Counted from the first letter of the whole stretch, positions 22,035-32,997 are shown. The stretch is DNA of 63,903 bases, filler included, from Octopus bimaculoides (GCF_001194135.2; 10 parts of 9 records of this genome joined end to end with filler, not necessarily neighbours in it); one strand, 5' to 3'. A program made the numbers and translations. The notes: a model not told the origin generated them from the sequence alone.

Positions 22035-22991
22035 CAAAATGGGACAAGAACGCAATACATCCAGACAGTTAGGTGATACAAAAAAGAGGACAACAAACCA
22101 TCCAGACAGACGATACAAGGGAGGGAAAGAAGGACGGGTCATTCGGAGTTTTCTTTCCTCAGTCGAGTTCCAAATTATCTTTGCAATTTTGGCTGGTTAT
22201 ATTCGATATTGCTCCNNNNNNNNNNGAAGGACGGGTCATTCGGAGTTTTCTTTCCTCAGTCGAGTTCCAAATTATCTTTGCAATTTTGGCTGGTTATATT
22301 CGATATTGCTCCAATCTGGCCAGCCCCAAGGAAAAACTAAGCTAAGAGCATTAGATTCCTTGGAAGAAAGCAGCGAATGTATACGAAAACAAGGATGGAA
22401 AAAAAATGGAAAATGTTTCACAAATACAATTAACAGGACATAACAACAGGTGTCTTCTGACTAAGGACAAATTAAATTAAGCTGGCGTGTGTGGAAATAA
22501 AGCCTTACGGCAGGGATACAAGATTTCACAGGCACAGGGAGGAATATAGATGTTGCACGGACGACGGCCGATCCAAGAATGAAAGATCAGGTATGGCCGT
22601 CGTCCGTGCAACGTCTATATTCTTCCCCGTGCCTGTGAAATCTTGTATCCCTGCCATAAGGCTTTATTTCCATACACGCCAGCTTAATTTAATTTGTCCT
22701 TAGTCGGAAGACTCCTGTTGTTATGTCCTGTTATTTGTATTTGTGTAACATTTCTCCCCTTCTTTTTCCTGTCCTTGTTTTCGTATACATTCGCTGCTTT
22801 CTTCCAAAGAATCTAATGCTTTTAGCTTAGCTTTTCCTTGGGGCTGGCCAGATTGGAGCAATCTCGAGTATAACCAGCCGAAATTGCAAAGATAATCTGG
22901 AACTCGACTGAGGAAAGAAAACTCCGAATGACCCGTCCTTGTTATCTTTGCATCGTCTATCTGAATGTTTTGCGGTCTTGTCCCATTTTGT
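22035..22991. repeat. About 0.9-kb palindromic (fold-back) element, arms about 400 bp, 25-nt loop
   Basis: Left arm to 22569 is the reverse complement of 22595-22991. The innermost ~150 bp differ at 8 positions by my count. Both ends abut (TA)n. 22129-22215 is duplicated across a 10-N gap. Confidence 0.9.
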
Positions 22992-23118
22992 GTGTGTATA
23001 TATATATATATATATATNNNNNNNNNNNNNNNNNNNNNNNNNNNNNNNNNNNNNNNNNNNNNNNNNNNNNNNNNNNNNNNNNNNNNNNNNNNNNNNNNNN
23101 NNNNNNNNNNNATATACA

Positions 23119-23172
<54 letters not shown>

Positions 23173-23177
<5 letters not shown>

Positions 23178-23443
23178 GGCGCGTGGCTCAGTGGTAAGGG
23201 CATTCGGCTCACGATCGTAAGATCGTGAGTTCAATTCCCGGCGACGCGTTGAGTCCTTGAGCAAGACACTTTATTTCACATTGCTCCAGTCCATTCAGCT
23301 GGCAAAAATGAGTAGTACCTGTAATTCAAAGGGGCCAACTTTGTACCACTCTCTGTCACGCTGAATCTCCCTAAGCACTACGTTAAGGGTACACGTGTCT
23401 GTGGAGTACTCAGCCACTTGCACGTTAATTTCATGAGCAGGCT
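23173..23443 (+). mobile_element. SINE family A, 3'-truncated
   Basis: ggcgcgtggctcagtggtaagggcattcggctcacgatcg...gagttcaattcc, core cttgagcaagacactttatttcac, body aagggtacacgtgtctgtggag. Confidence 0.8.
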
Positions 23444-24001
23444 CTATTTACTATTCATATGATATTTTAGTATCTAAAACATTAGTATCTCATAATAATG
23501 CTAGTATTAGTATTAGAGTTTATGATATTAGTGTTTGAGACACAAACTGTTACTTCTGTTTTACTAGCCATCACCGTTGGGATTATTACACTCGCCCCCC
23601 ACCCCCGTCCACCTCAACCACGACCCTAACACCATCATCACAAACACCACAACACTATATCATTATCGTATCATCATCATCATCATCGTCGTCGTCATCA
23701 ACATTTTCATCATCATCATTATCATCATCATCATCCTCACCATTTTCATCATCACCATCATCATCATCGTCGTCGTCGTCGTCGTCGTCGTCGTCATCAT
23801 CATCGCCTCTAATAAGACTACAACTACCACCGTACCTCCATCATCGCCATGCCACTACCTTTACCGTAACCACCACAAGCATCATCATCGCCTTCATGTC
23901 TACCGACACCGCAATGGAGAACATCGTATCCACAACGACGACGACGACTACCACCACNNNNNNNNNNNNNNNNNNNNNNNNNNNNNNNNNNNNNNNNNNN
24001 N

Positions 24002-24013
24002 TTAATTAATTAA
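24002..24013. other. Assembly spacer TTAATTAATTAA inside a 100-nt gap (artefact; nine copies in the window)
   Basis: Identical 12-mer centred in Ns (44 per side where counted) at 24002, 31809, 33756, 35961, 46384, 51237, 55801, 61416 and 62693; it has stop codons in all six frames. Confidence 0.95.
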
Positions 24014-24403
24014 NNNNNNNNNNNNNNNNNNNNNNNNNNNNNNNNNNNNNNNNNNNNATATATATATATATATACACACACATATATATGCATACATTCA
24101 TGTATATGTGTATGCTTGTATGTATGTGCGTATGTGTGTGAATGTGTGAGAGAGAAAGCGACAGAGGGAGAGAGATAGTTCAATACTGTTGTGTGAGATT
24201 ACTGAGAGAAGTTGTGACATAAAATAAAGAGGAACTAGTTTAGAATGCTTTGTGCTATCATTTACCTTAATCGTTAAAATCCTACAGGTGTTAATTTTGT
24301 TCTTCATTTCTTTCAGGGTCTAGACAGTATAAGGTTCATTCATATAATGAACACGGTAGATGGGATAATGTATGCAGAAAACCATACATTCTTAGATATA
24401 ATA

Positions 24404-24551
24404 ATTGCACTACTGGGTACTGCACACATTCTACGCAAAACACTTTCAATACAGTAAACATAAGAGCACCACAGCAAACCACAGCACATACCCAAGGCGC
24501 ACAGAGCTGCGCTCGGTAGTGAAGTGAAAGTACGTTATAAAAATAAAACTA

Positions 24552-24638
<87 letters not shown>
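24404..24638 (+). mobile_element. R4/Dong-like LINE, extreme 3' end with (AAT)n tail
   Basis: IALLGTAHILRKTLSIQ* (24404-24457), homologous to IVLMGTAHILRKVLSM* ending at 60584; about 105-nt UTR, then about 25 AAT repeats. Confidence 0.75.
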
Positions 24639-24964
24639 TTCTGCTAAAGGCACAAAACCTGATACTTTGGAGTGGGGTGATAGTTGACTACATCAACCTC
24701 CAGGGCTCACCTGGTACGTATTCTACCGACCCCGAAAAGTTGAAATGCAAAATCGACCTCGGCAGAACTCGAACCCAGAACGTAAAGACGGACGAAATTA
24801 CGCTAAATAATCTTTTCTAAATTTGGCACAAGGCCAGCAATTTCGAGGGGATGGGGCACGTCCATTAGGTCGACCCCAGTACTTATTTTATTGACTCGAG
24901 AAAGGCATAAGGCAAAGTCAAACTTGGCAGAACGCAAATTATTAAGATAAGGATGAATGATGAG

Positions 24965-25015
<51 letters not shown>

Positions 25016-25150
25016 TGCTTCTTATTCAGGTACAAAGCCAGCAACATTAGGGAGTATGGCTTGGATGATAACACCGATCCTAGTAACTATATCTTTTCGT
25101 CCCAGGAGGAATAGAAAGAAAAGTTGTCCTCGACAGGATTTGAAATTAGA
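24639..25150 (-). mobile_element. Three tandem SINE family B copies separated by AAT repeats
   Basis: Copies at about 24639-24815, 24812-24950 and 25015-25150, with an (AAT)n array at 24968-25016. Confidence 0.65.
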
Positions 25151-25990
25151 ATGATTCTACAAAGTTCGACACTCTTACAATTCTGTGAGTTCTCTGTCAT
25201 GGTGCGTGTTACCTTGTGGCAGTGTTATAAACACACATACGCACACATACATACACACACACACACACACGCACGCACACGCACCCATACACACACACAA
25301 ACACAAACACACTCACACAATATGTACTGACATCCTAATGAATGCATGTGCATACATACATATATACATATAGATACACACATACGTATGTATGCATGTG
25401 TGTGTGTGTGTGTGTATTTGTATGAATGTGCGTGTGTGTCTGTTTGTGTGTCTGTGTACATATATATATGCATCTATTTGATAAGCGCAATGACGAAAGT
25501 TTCGGTTCTTGAATCCTTTACATAACTTTACAACTGAATACGTATACATACATACATACGTACGTACATACATACATACATACTCACTCTTTTTTTTTCC
25601 ATCTTATACTGAGTGTCAACCAAAATTAATTCCATGTGTATGTTCTTTTGACTTTTGTAGTTTTGTCGTTAACTTTCAATTTGCCTATGTATATATATGA
25701 CTTAGTATATATATGACTTGGACATTCTTCAAGTAAACAAGCAAAAATCTATTGCAATATGGAATATATATACCTCTGCTATCTATGCTATATCAACTCT
25801 CGTTCCAACATACATTTCCAGATTATTCACACAAGGATTAATTTGCACGAATTTCTACACGGATATTTACCACTGGAATGAAACTACACTTCAAGTACTG
25901 TTCTCTCTTTTTTCAGCACATCACACTCTTTACCACTTCATACTAAAAATATCCGCCTATGGATATAATAATAGATTACTTTATTTTTTC

Positions 25991-26041
25991 TGTCTCCGAT
26001 GAAGGGAAGTACTGGATCTTCCTAGAAACAGCTGTAAGACT
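25991..26041 (+). ncRNA. Minimal type I hammerhead-ribozyme-like motif (variant core)
   Basis: gtct-CCGAUGA-a-gggaag-tactggat-cttcct-a-GAAAC-agct-GUA-agac. Stem I gtct/agac, 6-bp stem II, palindromic AGCU in stem III. Deviations: U4C and A/A at 10.1/11.1. Confidence 0.45.
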
Positions 26042-26682
26042 CTATCCATAAAATTCTTCAACCTTACCTTTGCTCTCTTTATCTTTTTGTTTTTATATAT
26101 TTACATATACACACGCTAATACACGACTTATAATACCCAATCCTGTTCATACAACGACTGGGGCAGACTAATCGGTATACAGCACTTACNNNNNNNNNNN
26201 NNNNNNNNNNNNNNNNNNNNNNNNNNNNNNNNNNNNNNNNNNNNNNNNNNNNNNNNNNNNNNNNNNNNNNNNNNNNNNNNNNNNNNNNNNNNNNNNNNNN
26301 NNNNNNNNNNNNNNNNNNNNNNNNNNNNNNNNNNNNNNNNNNNNNNNNNNNNNNNNNNNNNNNNNNNNNNNNNNNNNNNNNNNNNNNNNNNNNNNNNNNN
26401 NNNNNNNNNNNNNNNNNNNNNNNNNNNNNNNNNNNNNNNNNNNNNNNNNNNNNNNNNNNNNNNNNNNNNNNNNNNNNNNNNNNNNNNNNNNNNNNNNNNN
26501 NNNNNNNNNNNNNNNNNNNNNNNNNNNNNNNNNNNNNNNNNNNNNNNNNNNNNNNNNNNNNNNNNNNNNNNNNNNNNNNNNNNNNNNNNNNNNNNNNNNN
26601 NNNNNNNNNNNNNNNNNNNNNNNNNNNNNNNNNNNNNNNNNNNNNNNNNNNNNNNNNNNNNNNNNNNNNNNNNNNNNNNNNN

Positions 26683-26758
<76 letters not shown>

Positions 26759-27071
26759 TAGAGAGAAATGTCTGTATTTACCATTGCTGTGGTTCCTCTC
26801 AATGTAACCAATAACTCACACACGAAGAAGGTAGATCCGTCACAAAGCTCCTTAACTTAGCAGCAATCGCCTCACTTATGTGATTATTTTACTGGCTTCT
26901 CAATACATCATTTTCCCCCTTGTCTTTAAGCATTAACTACCTTCTCTTCCTCTTCCTCTTTGTCTATATATCCCTCTCCCCCTTCCTCTTTCTTTTACTC
27001 TTGTCTCGTAGAACATACGTATGTACATACATACACACAGGGCCTCCTCCCATTCTCTGTCTTCCTTCCAG

Positions 27072-27102
<31 letters not shown>

Positions 27103-27279
27103 CTCTCGCAGTCTCTCTCAAATCACATACATATAAGTTACTTCCACTTCCTACTCCCGCTACCGTTTTATTTCCTCTACCTCCCACTTATCCTTCCACT
27201 TGTTCTCCTACTCTCTTCATTATTTCTTCTCGCGTTTTCCTTCTCAAATTCTGTCTGTCTCATATTCTCTCTCCACCTC

Positions 27280-27338
<59 letters not shown>

Positions 27339-27503
27339 CCTCTCTCTCTCTCTTTCACTCTACCTCTACGGCCGTCTTTTATTATTCTTCTTTATTCCTA
27401 CTCTTTCCAATCTCCACTTGTCAAACAATTCCATCACGCTTCGTTTCTTCTCCTCGCATGGTGAGCCACTCCCAACTCCCACCGCCATTAACATATACAT
27501 GCC

Positions 27504-27547
<44 letters not shown>

Positions 27548-27959
27548 TCTTTTACCTCCTCCAACCATTTACTTATCCTACCATTACCAATTACCAAACT
27601 AATTACTTTCCACTCACGCAGAGACACCCGGCTACTCTGTCAGTCTGCCGGCCTGCCTGCCTGCCTGTCTGCCAGTCTGTCTCTTCCTCCCTCTCTCTCG
27701 TGCACATACATAATCCGACCACTGATTCAGCGTCAAACTCTCGTCTCAGTGGCATAGCTAGAGTGTGTGCCGGTCGGAGCAGCTCATACTTGAATTTTCT
27801 GAAGTTAACAAGAGTTTATTATCACTAACAAATCGATCATTATCCCTTACAGCTGTTTCAGTTATACACAGTGAAATTAATTAAGTATTAAATTCATATT
27901 TCTGAGCATAATCTCTTCAGAAGGAAAACATATACCCTTAGATGTTATGCATGTTTGTT

Positions 27960-28195
27960 TGTAGATGCATTGCAGAAGGTTTGCAAATCTAACAGAGGCC
28001 TCAAAAGACATTTTAAGATCCATTTTAAGGCCAGAACTTATCTGCGGCTCTTGTTGGTCCAAATCGGATGTGCAATCTATGTGGGTGTGTTTTCAGAACA
28101 TTGTCTGGTTTAAAAAGCCATATCAGATGCCATGATGGTTCTAAGGTGTTGGTACAGGAGGTAGTAAAACTCTGCATAAGGAGTAGACAACTACC
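27960..28195 (+). mobile_element. LINE (probably RTE) 3' terminus encoding C2H2-type fingers
   Basis: KVCKSNRGLKRHFKIH and CNLCGCVFRTLSGLKSHIRCH, then aggagtagacaactacc and (TA)n; second copy at 31876-32031. Confidence 0.55.
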
Positions 28196-28435
28196 ATATA
28201 TNNNNNNNNNNNNNNNNNNNNNNNNNNNNNNNNNNNNNNNNNNNNNNNNNNNNNNNNNNNNNNNNNNNNNNNNNNNNNNNNNNNNNNNNNNNNNNNNNNN
28301 NNNNNNNNNNNNNNNNNNNNNNNNNNNNNNNNNNNNNNNNNNNNNNNNNNNNNNNNNNNNNNNNNNNNNNNNNNNNNNNNNNNNNNNNNNNNNNNNNNNN
28401 NNNNNNNNNNNNNNNNNNNNNNNNNNNNNNNNNNN

Positions 28436-28706
28436 NGACGGAAACTGAAAGAAGCCCGTCGTATATATCTATATCTATATATATATGTGTGTGTGTGTGT
28501 ATGTGTGTGTTTGTGTTTGTCCTCCTAGCATTGCTTGACAACCGATGCTGGTGTGTTTGTGTCCCCGTCACTTAGCGGTTCGGCATAAGAGACCGATAGA
28601 ATAAGTACTAGGCTTACAAAGAATAAGCCCCGGGGTCGATTTGCTCAACTAAAGGCGGTGCTCCAGCATGGCCGCAGTCAAATGACTGAAACAAGTAAAA
28701 GAGAAA
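28436..28706 (+). mobile_element. SINE family C (head in gap), internal microsatellite plus 3' half
   Basis: gacggaaactgaaagaagcccgtcg-(TA/TG)n-gcttgacaaccgatgctgg...ggcggtgctccagcatggccgcagtcaaatgactgaaacaagtaaaaga. Confidence 0.85.
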
Positions 28707-28715
28707 AGAAAAGAG

Positions 28716-28746
<31 letters not shown>

Positions 28747-29190
28747 TGTGTGTATGTATTTTCCGTAGAGAAGACACTTAGTAGAGCTCAAAAGATTCTG
28801 ACTTAGACTCCAATGTCTTTACAGGGGATCGATTCCACAAGGTAAAGAAAGGCTATGAGAGGGATCAAGTTGAGCGAGTTTTGAGGCAACTATGCGGATA
28901 ATCACATTAGGTACATGAAATACATTAAATATATAAAACATGTTACAAATATTAGTTTGGGTACGAAATGCAAAATATGTCTATATGTATACATGCAAAA
29001 CGAGGGAAAGCTAAAGATGGAGACTTTCAGGTGATGATTTTTTAAGTATGAATATACAGATATTTATATTAATGGGTCCGACTGACACAGAGTACAAACG
29101 ACAGAGAAAATTAAAAGGGTGGGAGAAAGGTGTTATAAGCCCAACAGCTGTTTCTGGGCTCGGCGATCCATAATAATGTTGGTAGATTTA

Positions 29191-29327
29191 GTTCATCACA
29201 ATATGCGACTTTATGGGTGCAATTAATATTGGATAGGACAAGCCTCCGTCGTCTTCTCTACCCTGATGACGGAGACACGTCCTATCCAATGTTAATTGCA
29301 TCCATACGGTCGCATATTGTGATGAAC
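29191..29327. repeat. Imperfect hairpin, 60-bp arms, 17-nt loop
   Basis: 29191-29250 versus 29268-29327: 53/60 Watson-Crick pairs, no indels; 3 of the 7 mismatches are G-U on the + strand. Confidence 0.9.
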
Positions 29328-29329
29328 CA

Positions 29330-30361
29330 ATCACAACCATTACCATTACCATTACCATCATCACCATCATCGTTGCTACCTCTACCATGCTCTGTAACTA
29401 CCATGGCTACATGTTGCCATGGCATCCGCCAATGCCATCAACAACATCCTTACCCCCATCATCACCACTACCAATACAGACCACCATTCCCAGCACCACC
29501 ACCACCACCATCAATATTACTCCACCATTATCATCACCACCATTACGACCACCACCACTACCACTACAACCACCACAGCAATCACCACCACCACTGCCGC
29601 CGCCGCCACCATCGCCATTACCACCACCACCACCACCGCCAACATCGCTACCGTCACTACCACCACCACTGCGATCACCACTAGTGCCACCAGCTCTACC
29701 ACTCCCACCATCTNNNNNNNNNNNNNNNNNNNNNNNNNNNNNNNNNNNNNNNNNNNNNNNNNNNNNNNNNNNNNNNNNNNNNNNNNNNNNNNNNNNNNNN
29801 NNNNNNNNNNNNNNNNNNNNNNNNNNNNNNNNNNNNNNNNNNNNNNNNNNNNNNNNNNNNNNNNNNNNNNNNNNNNNNNNNNNNNNNNNNNNNNNNNNNN
29901 NNNNNNNNNNNNNNNNNNNNNNNNNNNNNNNNNNNNNNNNNNNNNNNNNNNNNNNNNNNNNNNNNNNNNNNNNNNNNNNNNNNNNNNNNNNNNNNNNNNN
30001 NNNNNNNNNNNNNNNNNNNNNNNNNNNNNNNNNNNNNNNNNNNNNNNNNNNNNNNNNNNNNNNNNNNNNNNNNNNNNNNNNNNNNNNNNNNNNNNNNNNN
30101 NNNNNNNNNNNNNNNNNNNNNNNNNNNNNNNNNNNNNNNNNNNNNNNNNNNNNNNNNNNNNNNNNNNNNNNNNNNNNNNNNNNNNNNNNNNNNNNNNNNN
30201 NNNNNNNNNNNNNNNNNNNNNNNNNNNNNNNNNNNNNNNNNNNNNNNNNNNNNNNNNNNNNNNNNNNNNNNNNNNNNNNNNNNNNNNNNNNNNNNNNNNN
30301 NNNNNNNNNNTAGCAGAAGTCATTAGTCTGTTATTAGCCGTAAATAAATTGTTTCATTCTG

Positions 30362-30432
<71 letters not shown>

Positions 30433-30810
30433 CGACGACGTCGACGACGACGACGATAACGACGGAGACTATAAGAGCAACACCCAACACACAAAAGAAA
30501 AAAAGCGGTATGCAATCAACAACAACAAAACTACCGCCATCGGCAGCACCACCACCACCACCACCACCACCACCAACACCAACACTACAATATCCATAAT
30601 ATGATGGCCAAAACAAATGTCTTTCAAATGAAATAATAGAAGCGGGCAACGTTGGTGGTGGTAGTGGTAGACGTGGTGTTGGTGGTGGCGGTGGTGGTGG
30701 TGATGGTGGTGCTGGTGGATGATAGCAATGATGGTCTTGATGGTGATGATGGTGATGGTGATGACGATGGTGATGATGGTGATGATGATGATGATAGTGA
30801 TGATGTCCGC
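29330..30810. repeat. Trinucleotide low-complexity tracts (ACC/CAT/CAA/GGT/GAT) around a gap
   Basis: Direct inspection; source of the poly-T/P/H/Q/V ORFs. Confidence 0.85.
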
Positions 30811-30979
30811 AATAATTGCGTTGCTTATGGTTGTGACGTTAAGTAACAAGAAAACAGCGTGGGTTTTTGTGGAGGTATAGAAATAGAGGAAAATAAAGGA
30901 AGAAGAAATGGCGAACAAAAGTAAAGGAAATGGGAAGCGTATGAAAAAAAAAAAAAAAACAGAACAAGAAAAAAAAATC

Positions 30980-31110
30980 TTGTACTTATTTTTTGAGCTT
31001 GGTACTTATTCTATCGGTCTCTTATGCCGAACCGCAACCTTACAGGGACGTCAACACACCAACACTGGTTGCCAAGCGGTGATGGGAGCACAGACACAGA
31101 CAAAGATATT
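30980..31110 (-). mobile_element. SINE family C, 3' half fragment
   Basis: tacttattctatcggtctc...gccgaaccgc...ggacgtcaacacaccaacactggttgccaagcg. Confidence 0.65.
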
Positions 31111-31149
31111 CATACACAAATATATATATTTTGTATTGTTATTTTTTAT

Positions 31150-31357
31150 GTCGCTGGAGCCAAACGCGTGACTCCAAGACACCAAATGCTTTTGCTGCCC
31201 TTTGAATTCGCAGATGTATTTTTGTATCAAGATTTCCATCATTTTGTACAGAGCTTCCAAGATAGATGAACGAATCAACAACCTTAAATAACTTACCCTT
31301 AACAAAAATTTTAGCAGGGTTACAAACAGCACCACACACAGATTGATGCATTACAAC
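31150..31357 (-). mobile_element. RTE-clade RT fragment (downstream of YADD), inverted relative to its neighbour
   Basis: VVMHQ...KIFVKGKLFKVVDSFIYLGSSVQNDGNLDTKIHLRIQRAAKAFGVLESRVW. Confidence 0.85.
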
Positions 31358-31400
31358 TTCAAAATCTCCATTTTCTTCATTTTTCCTTTGCATGAATATA

Positions 31401-31763
31401 AACTGTAAATATCTATGGATAATACTTGGCAAACTTGGATGTTCGGATCACTTTGTATCTATAATTAAATCATTTCATGATGGGATGGAGGTTTGGGTCA
31501 AAGTTGGTGGTGGCATGGCGGGACCCATTCCTGTAGAGAATGGTGTCAAGCAGGGTGACATCCTTGTCCCAACTCTCTTTTCTTTGTACTTTGCTGCTGC
31601 TTTTACTCATGCTTTTGCTAAGGTTAGCTCTCTGGGAATATATGTCAGATATCGATCTTCTGGCTGCCTCTTTAATCTTCGCCGATTTGCTGCCAATTCA
31701 AAGGTTCTCCGGTCTATTATTCGTGACTTCCTTTATGCAGATGACTGTGACTTAGTCACTCAT
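31401..31763 (+). mobile_element. RTE (BovB-like) RT core fragment containing YADD
   Basis: LWIILGKLGC...IIKSFHDGM...NGVKQGDILVPTLFSLYF...GIYVRYRSSGCLFNLRR...IRDFLYADDCDL (YADD at 31734-31745). Confidence 0.92.
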
Positions 31764-31875
31764 ANNNNNNNNNNNNNNNNNNNNNNNNNNNNNNNNNNNN
31801 NNNNNNNNTTAATTAATTAANNNNNNNNNNNNNNNNNNNNNNNNNNNNNNNNNNNNNNNNNNNNATATTAATATT

Positions 31876-32031
31876 ACCTGCAGGTATTGGTAGTACAAAT
31901 CAGAGGTGCAATCTGTGTGGGTGTATTTTCAAAACACTGTCTGGTTTAAAAAACCACATCAGACGCCACGAAAGGGCTAAGGTATAGGTGCAGGAGGTGG
32001 GCAAACTCTGTGTAAGGAGTAGACAACCACC
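31876..32031 (+). mobile_element. LINE (probably RTE) 3' terminus with a C2H2-type finger
   Basis: CNLCGCIFKTLSGLKNHIRRH*, then caggaggtgggcaaactctgtgtaaggagtagacaaccacc and (TA)n; homologous to 28068-28195. Confidence 0.6.
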
Positions 32032-32041
32032 ATATATATAA

Positions 32042-32122
<81 letters not shown>

Positions 32123-32467
32123 CATATGTGTGTGTGCATACATACATACATACATACAAATATTTATCTATATATTTATATGTATATATATGTATATACA
32201 TACATACAAATATTCATCTATATACTTATATAGGGGCACGCAACGTCAACTACATAGCATATGTGGTGCACCTTGTCCACTACCACTAGGTCCGGTCTGT
32301 TATGCTCTTGTACCTGATCTGTTTCGATTGGGAAATCCCAGAGGTTTTTGCTAGTCGAGATACACACATAAAAGTAATGCATTCAAAAAGTATAAAACTT
32401 TATATTTTTTCTCGCCAAAATCCTTAGGGTGATAGGTGACACCACCCTTCTTGTGCATGCGTGGAAA

Positions 32468-32756
32468 AGAGAGAAAATCGAAAGCTCCTGACAATGCGGA
32501 AAGTTTTATAAAACCTTTACATTTCAGGCGCAAAGACTCATCTTCAGAAGATAAACAGTTTTGGAAATGTCTAGTTATGTAGGCTCCGCTAACCCATTCA
32601 TATTCCTTAGCATTAGGGAATTTGAATGGGTTAATGGAACCTACTTAACAGGACATTTCCCAGACTGTTATTCTTCTGGAGATGGGCCTTTGCGCCTAAA
32701 ATATAAAAGTTCTTTTTAAACTTATCACATTGTAAGAAGCTTTCTATTTTCTCTCT
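32468..32756. repeat. Old fold-back element, arms about 140 bp, loop about 5 nt
   Basis: 32468-32609 aligns with the reverse complement of 32615-32756 at roughly 80% identity with one 1-nt gap. Confidence 0.85.
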
Positions 32757-32871
32757 GTTTACCTTCTTCGATATTACAATGCTTATAGCGAACTACAAGG
32801 CTCTTATGACTTATATATGTCTCTGTGTGTGTACATATAATATATGTGTATATAAATATATTCGTATAATA

Positions 32872-32902
<31 letters not shown>

Positions 32903-32965
32903 TTATATATATATATACGGATATATAGATAGTTAGATACATACATACATACATACATACATACA

Positions 32966-32997
<32 letters not shown>

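Noticed and set aside
22129-22312. 87-bp direct repeat (and a 70-bp one at 56323-56472)
   Set aside because: Exact duplicates on either side of a 10-N gap; unmerged contig overlap.
22905-22940. CUGAGGA...GAAU...GUC hammerhead-like words in both palindrome arms
   Set aside because: GAAU instead of GAAA, and stems I and II do not pair.
24002-24013. Recurrent TTAATTAATTAA 12-mer as a biological motif
   Set aside because: Always centred in a 100-nt N gap; an assembly spacer. Order and distance across these gaps are uncertain.
24295-24400. Splice acceptor (ttcttcatttctttcag) and a short + strand exon
   Set aside because: No good donor, short unrecognised peptide, and it runs into an R4-like tail.
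27747-27790. hAT-like end cagtggcatagctag (similar end near 48430)
   Set aside because: No partner TIR or TSD found.
28068-28140. Host C2H2 zinc-finger gene exon
   Set aside because: Two dispersed copies share the same downstream UTR and (TA)n tail, and one lies next to RT sequence; better explained as a LINE end.
29262-29290. Hammerhead from CUGAUGA in the hairpin loop
   Set aside because: No GAAA follows the putative stem II.
29294-29316. miR-92-family microRNA (AAUUGCA start) in the hairpin 3' arm
   Set aside because: Only the 6-nt seed matches, and it lies about 27 nt from the loop, not where Dicer would cut a canonical pre-miRNA.
29387-30459. Pro/Thr/His/Gln-rich ORFs resembling mucin or extensin
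   Set aside because: Trinucleotide low-complexity DNA open in several frames; no splice or homology support.
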